In this document: piece after piece, positions 1 to 9,593 of the stretch
Layout: each line of letters opens with the position of its first letter
Position numbering within the stretch: position 1 is the first letter of the stretch
From: an uncultured bacterium
GTDB lineage: Bacteria; Verrucomicrobiota; Kiritimatiellia; CAIVKH01
DNA length: 64,000 nt
Reading direction: 5' to 3'
Assembly (NCBI GenBank): GCA_903906425.1
Contig: CAIVKH010000193.1
Location: 2,903 to 66,902, forward strand
Notes under the pieces: generated by a model
Told to the model about the DNA's origin: nothing
Seen by the model: only the letters and a program-made list of their open reading frames with translations
Database searches by the model: none
Translations under genes and position numbers: made by a program

Positions 1-1088
1 TGCTCGATGCCGGGCGGCCCTCGCTGCACACAACCGACTTCAACCGGCCCTTCGTCATTCCGATTGATACGGTCAAGTACATCGACGACCTCGGCCTCGT
101 GCGCACGAAAACCTACCGGCCATCGCAGGTGACGCAGATCAAATGGCTCGCCGCGCACCTGCCCGATCACGAACGCGACCTCGCGCTGGCCTGTGCGCGC
201 GGACAGACGAACGCGGCCGACATCGCCGCGGCCATCACGAACCGCGAAGAAAAAATCCGCATGATGGATCTCGCGTCGGAATACACGCAGTTCCTCTACA
301 CCGACCGCAAACTTGCCGTGGAAGATTACCGCCCGCGATTCCTCAAGGTGCTCAAAATCCGCAGCGCGCTGGGGCAGGGCGATGATGTTGCCGCACTGTT
401 GCCCGCGCCCGATCATCCCGAGGACGGCCACGCGCCGGCGAAGCTCTCACTCGGCTCCGGCGTGCAGAACGGAGATTATTTTTCATCGCTTTATTTGCGC
501 CCCGCCTACCACGGCATCCTCGACAACGACGACGGCTTCACGCGCGGCGCGCAGATCGAATTTCTGAATCTCGAATTGCGGTACTATCCCAATCGCGGCC
601 GCGTCGAATTGCAGAACGTGGATATTGTCGAAGTCCTCTCGCTCGCCCCGCGCGACGCGTTGTTCGATCCGTCGTCGTGGAAAGTCAAAATGGGCCTCAC
701 GCAATCCGATCGCCACGACGACCAGGACCGGCTCATGGCGCATCTCAACACCGGTGCCGGCGAAACCTGGCGCACCGGCCGCGACGGAATTATTTGCGCA
801 ATGATCGAAGCCGAGCCGCAGCTTGGCCGCGACTTCAAGGCCGATTACGCGATCGGCGCGGGCCCGTCGCTCTGCCTCGTGCAGTCGGTCACCAGATCGT
901 GGAAGATCGTCGCGCAGGCCCGCGCGCTCTACATGGCCGTCGGCGACCAGCTCTGGGAACAGTGCTACAGCATTGACCAGGATTTCCGCCTCCGCCGCAA
1001 CCTCAGCGTCAGCCTCGGCCTGCTGCACGGGCGCATGGACACCACAAACACCGACGAAGCGCAGCTCCGGCTGAACATCTATTTCTGA
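1..1088 (+). CDS. DUF4105/Lnb-like outer-membrane protein, 5' truncated by window edge
   Basis: Frame open from position 3; IPxDTVK..YRPS and LRPAYHxxLDxxxGFxxGAQIEFL motifs; C-terminal aromatic residue (IYF) typical of beta-barrels. Confidence 0.75.
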   Translation, partial: LDAGRPSLHTTDFNRPFVIPIDTVKYIDDLGLVRTKTYRPSQVTQIKWLAAHLPDHERDLALACARGQTNAADIAAAITNREEKIRMMDLASEYTQFLYTDRKLAVEDYRPRFLKVLKIRSALGQGDDVAALLPAPDHPEDGHAPAKLSLGSGVQNGDYFSSLYLRPAYHGILDNDDGFTRGAQIEFLNLELRYYPNRGRVELQNVDIVEVLSLAPRDALFDPSSWKVKMGLTQSDRHDDQDRLMAHLNTGAGETWRTGRDGIICAMIEAEPQLGRDFKADYAIGAGPSLCLVQSVTRSWKIVAQARALYMAVGDQLWEQCYSIDQDFRLRRNLSVSLGLLHGRMDTTNTDEAQLRLNIYF

Positions 1089-1098
1089 TCTCCGCATT

Positions 1099-1146
1099 TT
1101 CCAATCATTGGAAGACTGCGTTCACGGTTTTCTCCAATGATTGGAA
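1099..1146. repeat. Palindrome doublet locus 1
   Basis: TTCCAATCATTGGAA (1099) + CTCCAATGATTGGAA (1132), period 33. Confidence 0.95.
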
Positions 1147-1299
1147 ACCACGAATGATCACCAAGGGACACGAATGGAGGATCGATGACGATGGCGAAAG
1201 GATTGGTTGCGCGCGGGTTGACGGGGGCGGGGGCTTTGTGGTTAATGGCGGGCCGTTTTTTGTGGCGATGTGTCGATCTGAATCCAGTCGAGGTGTGTG

Positions 1300-2358
1300 A
1301 TGAATTTTGAGCTGTTGAAAAAACTTAGCGAGGCGGCGGGCGTGCCCAGCCGCGAGGAATATTTGCGCGAGATCGTACGGGCGGAGCTGCAGGGGGTCGT
1401 AAAAACCATCGAGGTGGACACGATGGGCAATGTGATCTGTTTCAAGCCGGGCAGCGGGAAGTCGAAGGCGAAGAAGAAGGTGATGCTCGCGGCGCATATG
1501 GACGAGATCGGTTTTTTGGTGCGGTTCATTGATGACAAGGGTTTCCTGCGGCTGCAGCCGGTGGGCGGGTTCGATCCGCGGCAGTTGTTCGCTCAGCGGG
1601 TGCTGGTGCACGGCCGCGCGGGTGCGCCGCTGCGCGGGGTGCTGACGTATTCGACGAAGCCGACGCATATGCTCACGCCGGAGGAGCAGAAGGCGACGCC
1701 GGTGATCGAAAACTTCTTCGTGGACCTGGGCATGAAGGCCGATGACGTGAAGAAGGTCATCCGGCTGGGCGACATGGTGACGATGGACCGTACGTGCGAG
1801 CTTTGCGGCGGGAACATCGTGGGCAAGTGCATGGACAACCGCGTGGGCGTTTTCGTGATGATCGAGGCGATGAAGGCGGTGGGAAATCATCAGGCGGATA
1901 TTTTTGCGGTGGCGACGACGCAGGAGGAGGTCGGGCTGCGCGGGGCCTCGACGAGCGCCTACGCGATTCATCCGGACGTGGGCGTGGCGCTGGATACGAC
2001 GCTGGCGAATGATTTTCCCGGCATCAGCGACAGCGACCAGATCACGAAGCTCGGCGGGGGCGTGGGGATCAAGATCATGGATGCTTCGTTCATCTGCCAT
2101 CCGAAGCTGGTGGAGCATTTCCGCCAGATCGCCGAGACGGAGAAGATCGCGCACCAGATGGAAGTGCTGCCGCGCGGCGGCACGGACGGCGCGGCGATGC
2201 AGCGGGCGCGCGGCGGCGTGCCGAGTATCACGCTGAGCGTGCCGACCCGGTACATTCACACGGTGAACGAAATGGTGAACCAGGCGGATGTCGAGGCGGC
2301 GATCACGCTGCTGGCCCGCTTCCTCGAACAGGCGCACGACGGCAACTATGCGCTGTGA
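1300..2358 (+). CDS. M42 family metallo-aminopeptidase (TET/FrvX-like)
   Basis: AAHMDEIG, DNRxG, QEEVGLRGA, GGTD and RYIH metal-binding motifs. Confidence 0.92.
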   Translation: MNFELLKKLSEAAGVPSREEYLREIVRAELQGVVKTIEVDTMGNVICFKPGSGKSKAKKKVMLAAHMDEIGFLVRFIDDKGFLRLQPVGGFDPRQLFAQRVLVHGRAGAPLRGVLTYSTKPTHMLTPEEQKATPVIENFFVDLGMKADDVKKVIRLGDMVTMDRTCELCGGNIVGKCMDNRVGVFVMIEAMKAVGNHQADIFAVATTQEEVGLRGASTSAYAIHPDVGVALDTTLANDFPGISDSDQITKLGGGVGIKIMDASFICHPKLVEHFRQIAETEKIAHQMEVLPRGGTDGAAMQRARGGVPSITLSVPTRYIHTVNEMVNQADVEAAITLLARFLEQAHDGNYAL

Positions 2359-2492
2359 GACGATGCGCCGCAGCGCGGCGCGCGACGGCTCTTTTCTCTG
2401 GACGGCTGAAACGACGTGCCATAGAAACCATGCGCTGGCTGGCGGGTTCTTATGATCGAACGAGTCCATTTCATTTTGCGGCGGCTGGGCGT

Positions 2493-3179
2493 ATGAAGCT
2501 CAGCGTGTTGGTGCCCGTGTTCAACGAGCACGGAACGGTCGCGGAACTTTTGGAGCGCGTGGGCCGCGTGCCGCTCGAAAAGGAAATCGTGATCGTGGAC
2601 GACGCTTCGACGGACGGGACGCGCGAGATCCTGCGCGGCTTCGAGGCGCGCGCCGGCTTCAAGGTTCTCTATCACGAAAAAAACGGCGGCAAGGGCCGCG
2701 CCATCCGCACAGGGCTTGAGGTCGTCACCGGCGATGTGGTCGTCATCCAGGATGCGGACCTCGAATATGACCCGCACGATTTCATCGCGATGATGAAGCT
2801 TTTCACGGAGGGCGGCGCAAAGGCGGTGTTCGGATCGCGGCGGCTGCGCAAGGAGAACAAGCAGTACGCCGGGCCGATTTATTATGCCGGCGGCGTCTTC
2901 CTGTCGTGGGTCACGCGCCTGCTCTACGGCATCCAGATCACCGACGAGCCGACCTGCTACAAGATGGTGGACACGCACCTGCTGCGCTCGCTCGGCCTGA
3001 CGTCGGAGCATTTCGAATTCTGCCCGGAGGTGACGGCGAAGCTCGCGCGGCGCGGAGTCAAAATTTTTGAGGTGCCGATCAAGTACATGCCGCGGCACAA
3101 GAGCGAGGGCAAAAAGATCTGCTGGCGCGATGCGGTCGAGGCCGTCTGGGTGCTCTTGAAATTTCGTTTCGGGAATTGA
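2493..3179 (+). CDS. GT2 glycosyltransferase, polyprenol-phosphate glycosyltransferase-like
   Basis: LSVLVPVFNE, VDDASTDGT, NGGKG, QDADLEYDP; start set at MKLSV. Confidence 0.92.
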   Translation: MKLSVLVPVFNEHGTVAELLERVGRVPLEKEIVIVDDASTDGTREILRGFEARAGFKVLYHEKNGGKGRAIRTGLEVVTGDVVVIQDADLEYDPHDFIAMMKLFTEGGAKAVFGSRRLRKENKQYAGPIYYAGGVFLSWVTRLLYGIQITDEPTCYKMVDTHLLRSLGLTSEHFEFCPEVTAKLARRGVKIFEVPIKYMPRHKSEGKKICWRDAVEAVWVLLKFRFGN

Positions 3180-3182
3180 CCG

Positions 3183-5801
3183 ATGCGCCGCTGGGAAAAT
3201 TTTCTGCTGGTCGCGCTCCTCGTGCTCGCCGCGCTGCTGCGCTTCGGCGGGCTGTCGCACGATCTGCACGAGGGGCGGTTGTATCACCCGGACACGGCGA
3301 AGCAGGTCCGCGCGGTGGAATTGTATTATGGGGGGCATTACTTCTGGCACGTCGGCAACAAGGACTACGACGGCTATCCGCTTTTTCACGCACGCATCGC
3401 CGAATGCATTCTCAGGGTAATCGAGCCGGTCCGCAGCGGTGTGTGCGACCTGCTCGGCATTCCGACCCGCGCGGGCGCGCTGGTGACGGACTTCCCGGTG
3501 TACTGGCTCATGCTCACGATGAACGCCGCGCTCTCGACGCTCATCGTGCTCATCGTGTTTCGCGCGGGCCGCGAAAACTTCGGGCCGCTGGCCGGCTGGG
3601 TTGCCGCCGCGCTAATGGCCATCTCGCCGGCCGACATCACCTCGACGCACATGGCCGCCGGCGATGTGACGACCGGATTTTTCGCCGCGCTCTCGCTGTT
3701 CTGGACCTTCCGGGTTTTCCGTCTCGGCCGCTATCGCGATTACGCGCTGGCGGCGGTGTTCGCGACCTTCGCCTTCGCGGCCAAGTATTATGCGGCCACC
3801 GCCTTCTTCGCGCTGGCGCTCGCGTACATCACGCGCGCCGGCATCACGCGGCCCGCCGCATGGTTTTCGCCCGACGCGCTGCGGCGCATCGGCGTCGCCG
3901 CCATCGCGGCGATCATCGCGCTGCTCGTGGCCATTCCTGCGCTGCTCACGGACTTCAGGGCCGAACTGGCCGACGTCTGGGTCGCGCTGATTCACAGCAC
4001 GCAGCGTTATCCCGCGTCGCTGATCGGGGCGGGGCAGTGGAAGCGCTACTGTTTTTCCATGCGCGTGAACCTTCCCGATCTGATTCGCACGATCAGCCCG
4101 CTCACGCTTGCGGCCGTCGCACTCTCCTTCGCGGGCCGCCTCCGTCGCGACGCGCGATTCTGGATTCTGCTGATCGGCCCGGTCCTCTACGTTTTTCTCG
4201 CCGTCGGCAGCCGCGGCCTCGTGAATCCGATCTACCACATTGACATCACGCCGCCGCTTTTCCTGCCCGTCGCCTTCTTCGGCTCGTGGGTCTTCGAAAT
4301 CACCGGCCGCGTTCGCGCGCTGTCGCGCGTGCTTTACTGCGCGGCCACCGCCTCCGCGCTCGGGCTCTTTGCCGCCGACGCCGCCCGCGAAGTTTTCTTC
4401 GCCTGGCACATGGACACGCGGCGCGTGTGCGACACGTGGGTCAACGCGAACGTCCCTCACATCTTCCTCTCGCACACCGGGCGCTACACCCTGCGCTGGG
4501 ATGCCGAGGATCATCCCGATGTCAACGTGCGGGGCATGGTCTTCATAAGCTCGGCCCTCGATCCGGTGCGCGTGCCCGATTACGCGATTCCGCTCAAGCA
4601 ATTCGCGCTCGAAGAGACGCCGCTGACCCAGTTCAGAAACATCGCGGAAAAGGTTTCGGTCGTCTGCCCGGCGCTCCTGCGCGCGGGCTTCAGCCTGCCG
4701 GTCAGCCAGCGCTGGCCGTCGCAAGCGGAGAACGCCTTCATCATGGACAACGGCGCGGAATTCGTCCGCAGCGAAAAATGCTTCATCCTGAACCACGGTG
4801 AGGGGCTGGTGCGATGGATCGTGGAGAGCAAGCCGCTGGCCGAGGTCTGGATCGCGGTGAAAACTTCCGCGACCTCCTCGGCCGTCCGCATACAATTTGA
4901 AGGCCAGCACAAAAAGTTTCACTTCGACCAGGACACGGCGGCCGTGCTTCACATCGAAAAGCCGCGGCCGGAATTTCCGACGGGCGACGGCCGCTTCTTC
5001 TACCGCCTCGAAATTGACGCGCCCACGGCCCGGATGAAAATCATGCTGGCGACGGACCTGCTCGATGCCGGCCGCCTGTTTGCCCGCCTCGGCCGCGATG
5101 CCGATGCCGCGCCGCTGCTGGCGAAGGGCGCGACGGCCGCGAACGATCCCGCCGCCGCCGCGCAGGCGATCATCTCCGCGAGCCGCGCCGGCATCGCGCT
5201 TCCGCGCGACGACTCCGCGCGCCTCGAAAAACTTGCCGCGAAGGTTTTGACGGCAACCAACGCCTATGCAGTCTTCGCCGTCTTCGGCATCCATCCGGAC
5301 TATCTCGACGCGCTGCCGTTTCTCGGCGTCGGCACCGCGCAAATGGGTGCAAATGGATTCCGTTCGGCCCCGCTGCCGTTCGCGGACGAAACCGGGGAGT
5401 CGCGCGAACTGATTGTCACCACCAACGCCAGGGCTCGCCCGGACGGAAATTTCTACGGCGTGTGGACCGGCCTGCTGATGCTCGACCCGGGCCCGTACCA
5501 GGCGAAGCTGCTGGCGCGCGCGCCGTCGGGCGCGTCGCACGGTCAGACGCTGAAGCTCACCGTGCGCGACGAAAACGGAAAAGCCATCGCCGAACGCCCG
5601 CTCGAAATTCCGCCGCTCGACGCGCGCGCCTACACCGTAATTCCATTCGATCTCGAAGTGCCCGCCGGCGTCGCAGGCGTCATCATCACATTGCGCAGCG
5701 ACGAGGCGCCGGACCTCGCCGTCGGCGGCATCGAAATCCGGCCCGACGTTGTCGCCAACGTCATCGCCCTCGGCAAGGCCCTCGCCCCCGCGAAACCCTG
5801 A
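3183..5801 (+). CDS. GT-C fold (ArnT/PMT-like) membrane glycosyltransferase with large C-terminal soluble region
   Basis: ALLRF..L....YHPD after first TM, many TM helices, AKY motif; 3 nt downstream of the GT2 gene. Confidence 0.7.
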   Translation: MRRWENFLLVALLVLAALLRFGGLSHDLHEGRLYHPDTAKQVRAVELYYGGHYFWHVGNKDYDGYPLFHARIAECILRVIEPVRSGVCDLLGIPTRAGALVTDFPVYWLMLTMNAALSTLIVLIVFRAGRENFGPLAGWVAAALMAISPADITSTHMAAGDVTTGFFAALSLFWTFRVFRLGRYRDYALAAVFATFAFAAKYYAATAFFALALAYITRAGITRPAAWFSPDALRRIGVAAIAAIIALLVAIPALLTDFRAELADVWVALIHSTQRYPASLIGAGQWKRYCFSMRVNLPDLIRTISPLTLAAVALSFAGRLRRDARFWILLIGPVLYVFLAVGSRGLVNPIYHIDITPPLFLPVAFFGSWVFEITGRVRALSRVLYCAATASALGLFAADAAREVFFAWHMDTRRVCDTWVNANVPHIFLSHTGRYTLRWDAEDHPDVNVRGMVFISSALDPVRVPDYAIPLKQFALEETPLTQFRNIAEKVSVVCPALLRAGFSLPVSQRWPSQAENAFIMDNGAEFVRSEKCFILNHGEGLVRWIVESKPLAEVWIAVKTSATSSAVRIQFEGQHKKFHFDQDTAAVLHIEKPRPEFPTGDGRFFYRLEIDAPTARMKIMLATDLLDAGRLFARLGRDADAAPLLAKGATAANDPAAAAQAIISASRAGIALPRDDSARLEKLAAKVLTATNAYAVFAVFGIHPDYLDALPFLGVGTAQMGANGFRSAPLPFADETGESRELIVTTNARARPDGNFYGVWTGLLMLDPGPYQAKLLARAPSGASHGQTLKLTVRDENGKAIAERPLEIPPLDARAYTVIPFDLEVPAGVAGVIITLRSDEAPDLAVGGIEIRPDVVANVIALGKALAPAKP

Positions 5802-5816
5802 GCGCGCACCGTCCGT

Positions 5817-5863
5817 TTCCAATGATTGGAACTTCCGCCGGCACTTTTTTCCAATAATTGGAA
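5817..5863. repeat. Palindrome doublet locus 2
   Basis: TTCCAATGATTGGAA (5817) + TTCCAATAATTGGAA (5849), period 32. Confidence 0.95.
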
Positions 5864-5905
5864 GAAGAGGCTTGCCCAATAGAAATATCTTTTTATTTTC
5901 AGGGC

Positions 5906-6400
5906 ATGAAAAGGAACTTCATCATCACGATCGGTGCCGGAATCTTTCTGGCGTGTCTGCTGGCGGGCTGCGAAGGGAACTCAAATAGCAGCAAGGATTC
6001 CTCGTCTCTCCCCAACGACAAGGATGAGTTGAACATTTCGGCGGCCGTCATGCTCGGCCCGCACAAGGCGCAAGTCGCCCAGAACGCGACCATCACCCGC
6101 GAGATGAACTCGTCCGATGTCAACGGTTCAATGGTGAGCTACTCGTTTGAGCAACTGAACTGGCCCGTTTCGGAGGGATGCGATGGCGGCTGCTATGTGT
6201 TCTGGGAACTGAACGGCCAGGCCGTTGGCGGCTTGTTTGACGCTCACGGAGCCGGACAGACGGTCAAGTCTTTGGAAAATATCTATGGCGGCTATCTCGA
6301 TGGCAAGCGGCCGGCCAAAGGCCAGACGGTCTATTTCGCATTCGTCAATCTGGATGGCACCGAGCGGACGAACGTCAAGAAGAGCGTGAATCCCTGGTAG
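5906..6400 (+). CDS. Uncharacterised lipoprotein, paralogue of 58161..58748
   Basis: Signal peptide with lipobox LAGC, Ser-rich linker, shared HGxGQTxKxLENIYGGYL motif. Confidence 0.8.
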   Translation: MKRNFIITIGAGIFLACLLAGCEGNSNSSKDSSSLPNDKDELNISAAVMLGPHKAQVAQNATITREMNSSDVNGSMVSYSFEQLNWPVSEGCDGGCYVFWELNGQAVGGLFDAHGAGQTVKSLENIYGGYLDGKRPAKGQTVYFAFVNLDGTERTNVKKSVNPW

Positions 6401-6463
6401 CGATTCGCCCGCCTGAGTCACCGGCAAGACCCGGAGGCGGGGCGGCGACATCCACATGAATGA

Positions 6464-6497
6464 AGAAGCGCCCCAGCTTGCCCGGGGCGTTTCTTTT
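6464..6497 (+). terminator. Probable intrinsic terminator
   Basis: GAAGCGCCCC-9 nt loop-GGGGCGTTTC followed by TTTT, downstream of lipoprotein gene. Confidence 0.6.
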
Positions 6498-6575
6498 CGG
6501 CGTCGCCCTTCGCCCCGCGAAAATGCCGCTGTGGCCCGCCGTCCGCGCTGACAGAATTTCCACCGGCCGGAAAAC

Positions 6576-6623
6576 TTCCAATGATTGGAAATTTTCGGCC
6601 GCGGTCTTTTTCAATCATTGGAA
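6576..6623. repeat. Palindrome doublet locus 3
   Basis: TTCCAATGATTGGAA (6576) + TTTCAATCATTGGAA (6609), period 33. Confidence 0.95.
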
Positions 6624-6664
6624 CTTGCGACGACCTTTTTACGGCACTGCCGGAAGGATGAAGA

Positions 6665-7594
6665 ATGAAACGTTTTCTGAAACTGATCGCCGCGATTTCA
6701 TGCGGCGCCATCTTGATGCTTGCATCCGCCGCGCAGGCCGCACGCGACCTCACCTTCTTCCAGGTATCCGATACGCACTATGGAAAGAGCCCGGTGGGCG
6801 ACAAGACCGTGCCGATGCTGGTGGACAAGATGAACGCGCTGCCGGGCACGCCATATCCGGCGATCATCGGCGGCAAGGTCGGAGCGCCGCGCGGCGTAAT
6901 CCACACGGGCGACATCACCAACGACGGGAAGAAGGAACAGTGGCTGATGTTCGTGCGTGATTACGGGCTGACCGGCAAGGACGGGCGGCTGGCCTGGCCG
7001 GTGTATGAGACGATCGGCAACCACGACGGCAGCGCGGGGCTGCCGGTACGAAACGGAATCCGCGAACGCAACAAATCCCGCATCGGCCTCACGGCGGTTT
7101 CGGATAGCGGGCTCCTTTATTCGTGGGACTGGGACGGCATTCATTTCGTCAGTTGCGGAATCTCGGTTGGCACGACGGCGAGCAAGTACGATCCGGAGCA
7201 CAGCTTCGAGTTTCTCGAAAAGGATTTGAAGCAGAGCATCGGCACCAGCGGACGGCCGGTGATCGTTCTTCACCATTTTGGCTTCGACAAGCACGCCGAC
7301 GGCTGGTGGTCGGATGAGTGGCGAGCAAATTACTTCGCGCTGATCAAGGACATCAACGTCATCGGCATCCTCCACGGCCACTCGCACGACACCTCCATCT
7401 ACGAATGGAACCAGATTGACGTTTATCATCCGCCGCACTTCAAGCAGGACGGCCCGAAGGATACCGCACCGGTCACGCACGGCTTCTTCGTCTTTCACAT
7501 CACCGATGACGAACTCTCCGTGGCCGAGCGGAAGCTCGACGACACCTGGGGCATGACCGCGAAAAAGAAATTCAAGCCCGCACCCGCGAAATGA
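6665..7594 (+). CDS. Secreted calcineurin-like metallophosphoesterase
   Basis: Signal peptide; SDxH, GDxxxxG, GNHD, HH, GHSH motifs. Confidence 0.88.
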   Translation: MKRFLKLIAAISCGAILMLASAAQAARDLTFFQVSDTHYGKSPVGDKTVPMLVDKMNALPGTPYPAIIGGKVGAPRGVIHTGDITNDGKKEQWLMFVRDYGLTGKDGRLAWPVYETIGNHDGSAGLPVRNGIRERNKSRIGLTAVSDSGLLYSWDWDGIHFVSCGISVGTTASKYDPEHSFEFLEKDLKQSIGTSGRPVIVLHHFGFDKHADGWWSDEWRANYFALIKDINVIGILHGHSHDTSIYEWNQIDVYHPPHFKQDGPKDTAPVTHGFFVFHITDDELSVAERKLDDTWGMTAKKKFKPAPAK

Positions 7595-7630
7595 TGCGGC
7601 CGGTCCTTTTGAAAAAGAAAGGATGAGCAG

Positions 7631-8677
7631 ATGCGCAGACTGATCAGATTGATTGCCATCGGCGTGCTCGCATCGCTGCCGCTGCTGGCCGCGCCGCGCG
7701 ATGTCATTTTCATTTCGACGTCCGACTGCCACTACCGCGAACTGGATGATCCGCGCGGACATCACAATGACCTCAATCACGCCTCCATCGTCGAGATGAA
7801 CAGCATCACGGAACGCGAGTGGCCGGAAAAACTCGGCGGCGGAAAGATCGGCAGGCCGCGCGGCGTCGTCGTGCTCGGCGATGTGATTGACGACGGCGAC
7901 CGCGCGCAAACCGGGCGCAACATCAGCGAGGCTCAATACAAATGTTTTCTCGCCGACTTCGGCCTCGATGGCACCGACGCGACGCTAAAGCTGCCGGTAT
8001 TCGAAGGCTGGGGCAACCACGACGGCCCGCCAATCGGAAAAGAAAAATGCGGCTTCAGTTTTCAGGCGCAGCTCAAGAAACGCAACGAGGCCCGCACGGC
8101 GAAGGGACTGATTTCAAATGTCTCGCCGAACGGCCTGCACTATTCGTGGGACTGGGACGACGTCCACTTCGTGCAGCTCAACATTTATCCCGCCAACAAG
8201 CAGCACGACGGCCTCCACTATTCGCCCGTCTGGCACGACCCGCAAGGCTCGCTGGATTTTCTGAAAAGCGACCTCGCCGAAAAAGTCGGCACGAGCGGCC
8301 GGCCCGTCGTGCTGATGAGCCACTGCGGCTTCGACACCGACTGGTGGGTGAAGGACGACTGGAAGGCCGCCTACGACGCCGCGAAAAACTTCAACGTGGT
8401 TTTCTACCTCTACGGCCACAGCGGCACCGGCCTCCGCCCGTGGGCGCCGGAAGGCGAAACGAAAAAGTGGGATTGCATCAACGACGGCCAGACCGAAAAG
8501 GGATTCTTCCTGATCCAGATCACGACCAACCGCCTTCGCGCCGCGATGCGAGCGATGGCCGGACTGAAATCGACGAAGGCCCCCGACGGAAAGACGACGC
8601 ACGAATGGTCTGGCGAGTGGGAATGGAAATGGTTCCTCGACAAAAATATTTCCGCGCCGCCCAAGCCCGCCGGCTGA
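7631..8677 (+). CDS. Secreted calcineurin-like metallophosphoesterase (tandem paralogue)
   Basis: Signal peptide; SDCH, GDVIDDG, GNHD, GHS motifs; shares YSWDWD and GTSGRPV with the upstream gene. Confidence 0.88.
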   Translation: MRRLIRLIAIGVLASLPLLAAPRDVIFISTSDCHYRELDDPRGHHNDLNHASIVEMNSITEREWPEKLGGGKIGRPRGVVVLGDVIDDGDRAQTGRNISEAQYKCFLADFGLDGTDATLKLPVFEGWGNHDGPPIGKEKCGFSFQAQLKKRNEARTAKGLISNVSPNGLHYSWDWDDVHFVQLNIYPANKQHDGLHYSPVWHDPQGSLDFLKSDLAEKVGTSGRPVVLMSHCGFDTDWWVKDDWKAAYDAAKNFNVVFYLYGHSGTGLRPWAPEGETKKWDCINDGQTEKGFFLIQITTNRLRAAMRAMAGLKSTKAPDGKTTHEWSGEWEWKWFLDKNISAPPKPAG

Positions 8678-8691
8678 CCGACGGCGCAATC

Positions 8692-8738
8692 TTCCAATCA
8701 TTGGAAGTTTTCCTGCCCGGCATTTCCAATCATTGGAA
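8692..8738. repeat. Palindrome doublet locus 4
   Basis: TTCCAATCATTGGAA at 8692 and 8724, period 32; between convergent genes. Confidence 0.95.
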
Positions 8739-8756
8739 AATTCGACGGCCTTGCCG

Positions 8757-9533
8757 TCACGACGCGCGCGCGGCAGGCAGCGCGTAGGGCGAGCGCTGGC
8801 GGCGACCCAGTTTGCTGCGCAGCCCGCCAAACACCAGCGCCCAGCCAAACCAGAACAGCCCGCTGGTCGGCTCCGGCACCAACAGCAGATCATTCATGAT
8901 CCGAAAATTGTCGATGTAGTAGCTCTGCTCCCCCCGCCCGTTGCGCGTCACTTCCACACCGACGGTCGTCACATGGCTCAGCATGTTCGAGAACTGATTG
9001 GCCGTTCCCCCATACCAGTATTGATTGTACAGCCCCGGCGACAGCGGCACCGTCAGCGTGTACCATTGGTCCGGACTCTGTATCACCGAATTCTGCGGGT
9101 CCAGCACCATGTAAAAGTTGTTGGCCCCGTCGCTCATGTGGAACGTCAAGGATGACGGCAGCGTGCCGGCCGCATAGAAGTCAAACTGAAAGGCCACATA
9201 GGGGTTCGTGCTGGAATTATAATCACCACCGAACGGGGCGCCGCTCGTGTCGGCCAGGAATTCTCCCGTCTGCGGCTGCCCATAACGCCCTTGCGCTTGA
9301 AATGTGCCTTCCAGCGCCCCTGCCCCATAGTCCGGCGACTGAGAAACTGTCAGGCCATCGCCGCCCGCCGACCAGCCCTCGGTCGTGCCTGAGAACGTTT
9401 GCATATAGAACACCGCCGCACCCACCGGCATGGCCGGTGCCAGCAATAGCATTCCGGCAACTGCAAATGTCCGGATTTCATGCTTTATATGCCTCGAAAG
9501 ACACATGCTGAATGCTGAATCCAATGCGATCAC
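8757..9533 (-). CDS. PEP-CTERM sorting-domain protein (start uncertain)
   Basis: C-terminal VPEPTS + hydrophobic stretch + basic RSKLGRRQR tail; N-terminal signal-like LLLAPAMPVGA. Confidence 0.8.
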   Translation of the reverse strand: MIALDSAFSMCLSRHIKHEIRTFAVAGMLLLAPAMPVGAAVFYMQTFSGTTEGWSAGGDGLTVSQSPDYGAGALEGTFQAQGRYGQPQTGEFLADTSGAPFGGDYNSSTNPYVAFQFDFYAAGTLPSSLTFHMSDGANNFYMVLDPQNSVIQSPDQWYTLTVPLSPGLYNQYWYGGTANQFSNMLSHVTTVGVEVTRNGRGEQSYYIDNFRIMNDLLLVPEPTSGLFWFGWALVFGGLRSKLGRRQRSPYALPAARAS

Positions 9534-9593
9534 GTAGCGATCAATTGTACAGAAGCACCTAGGCTCAATACAAGTTCGCTCTTGGAAAAAATC

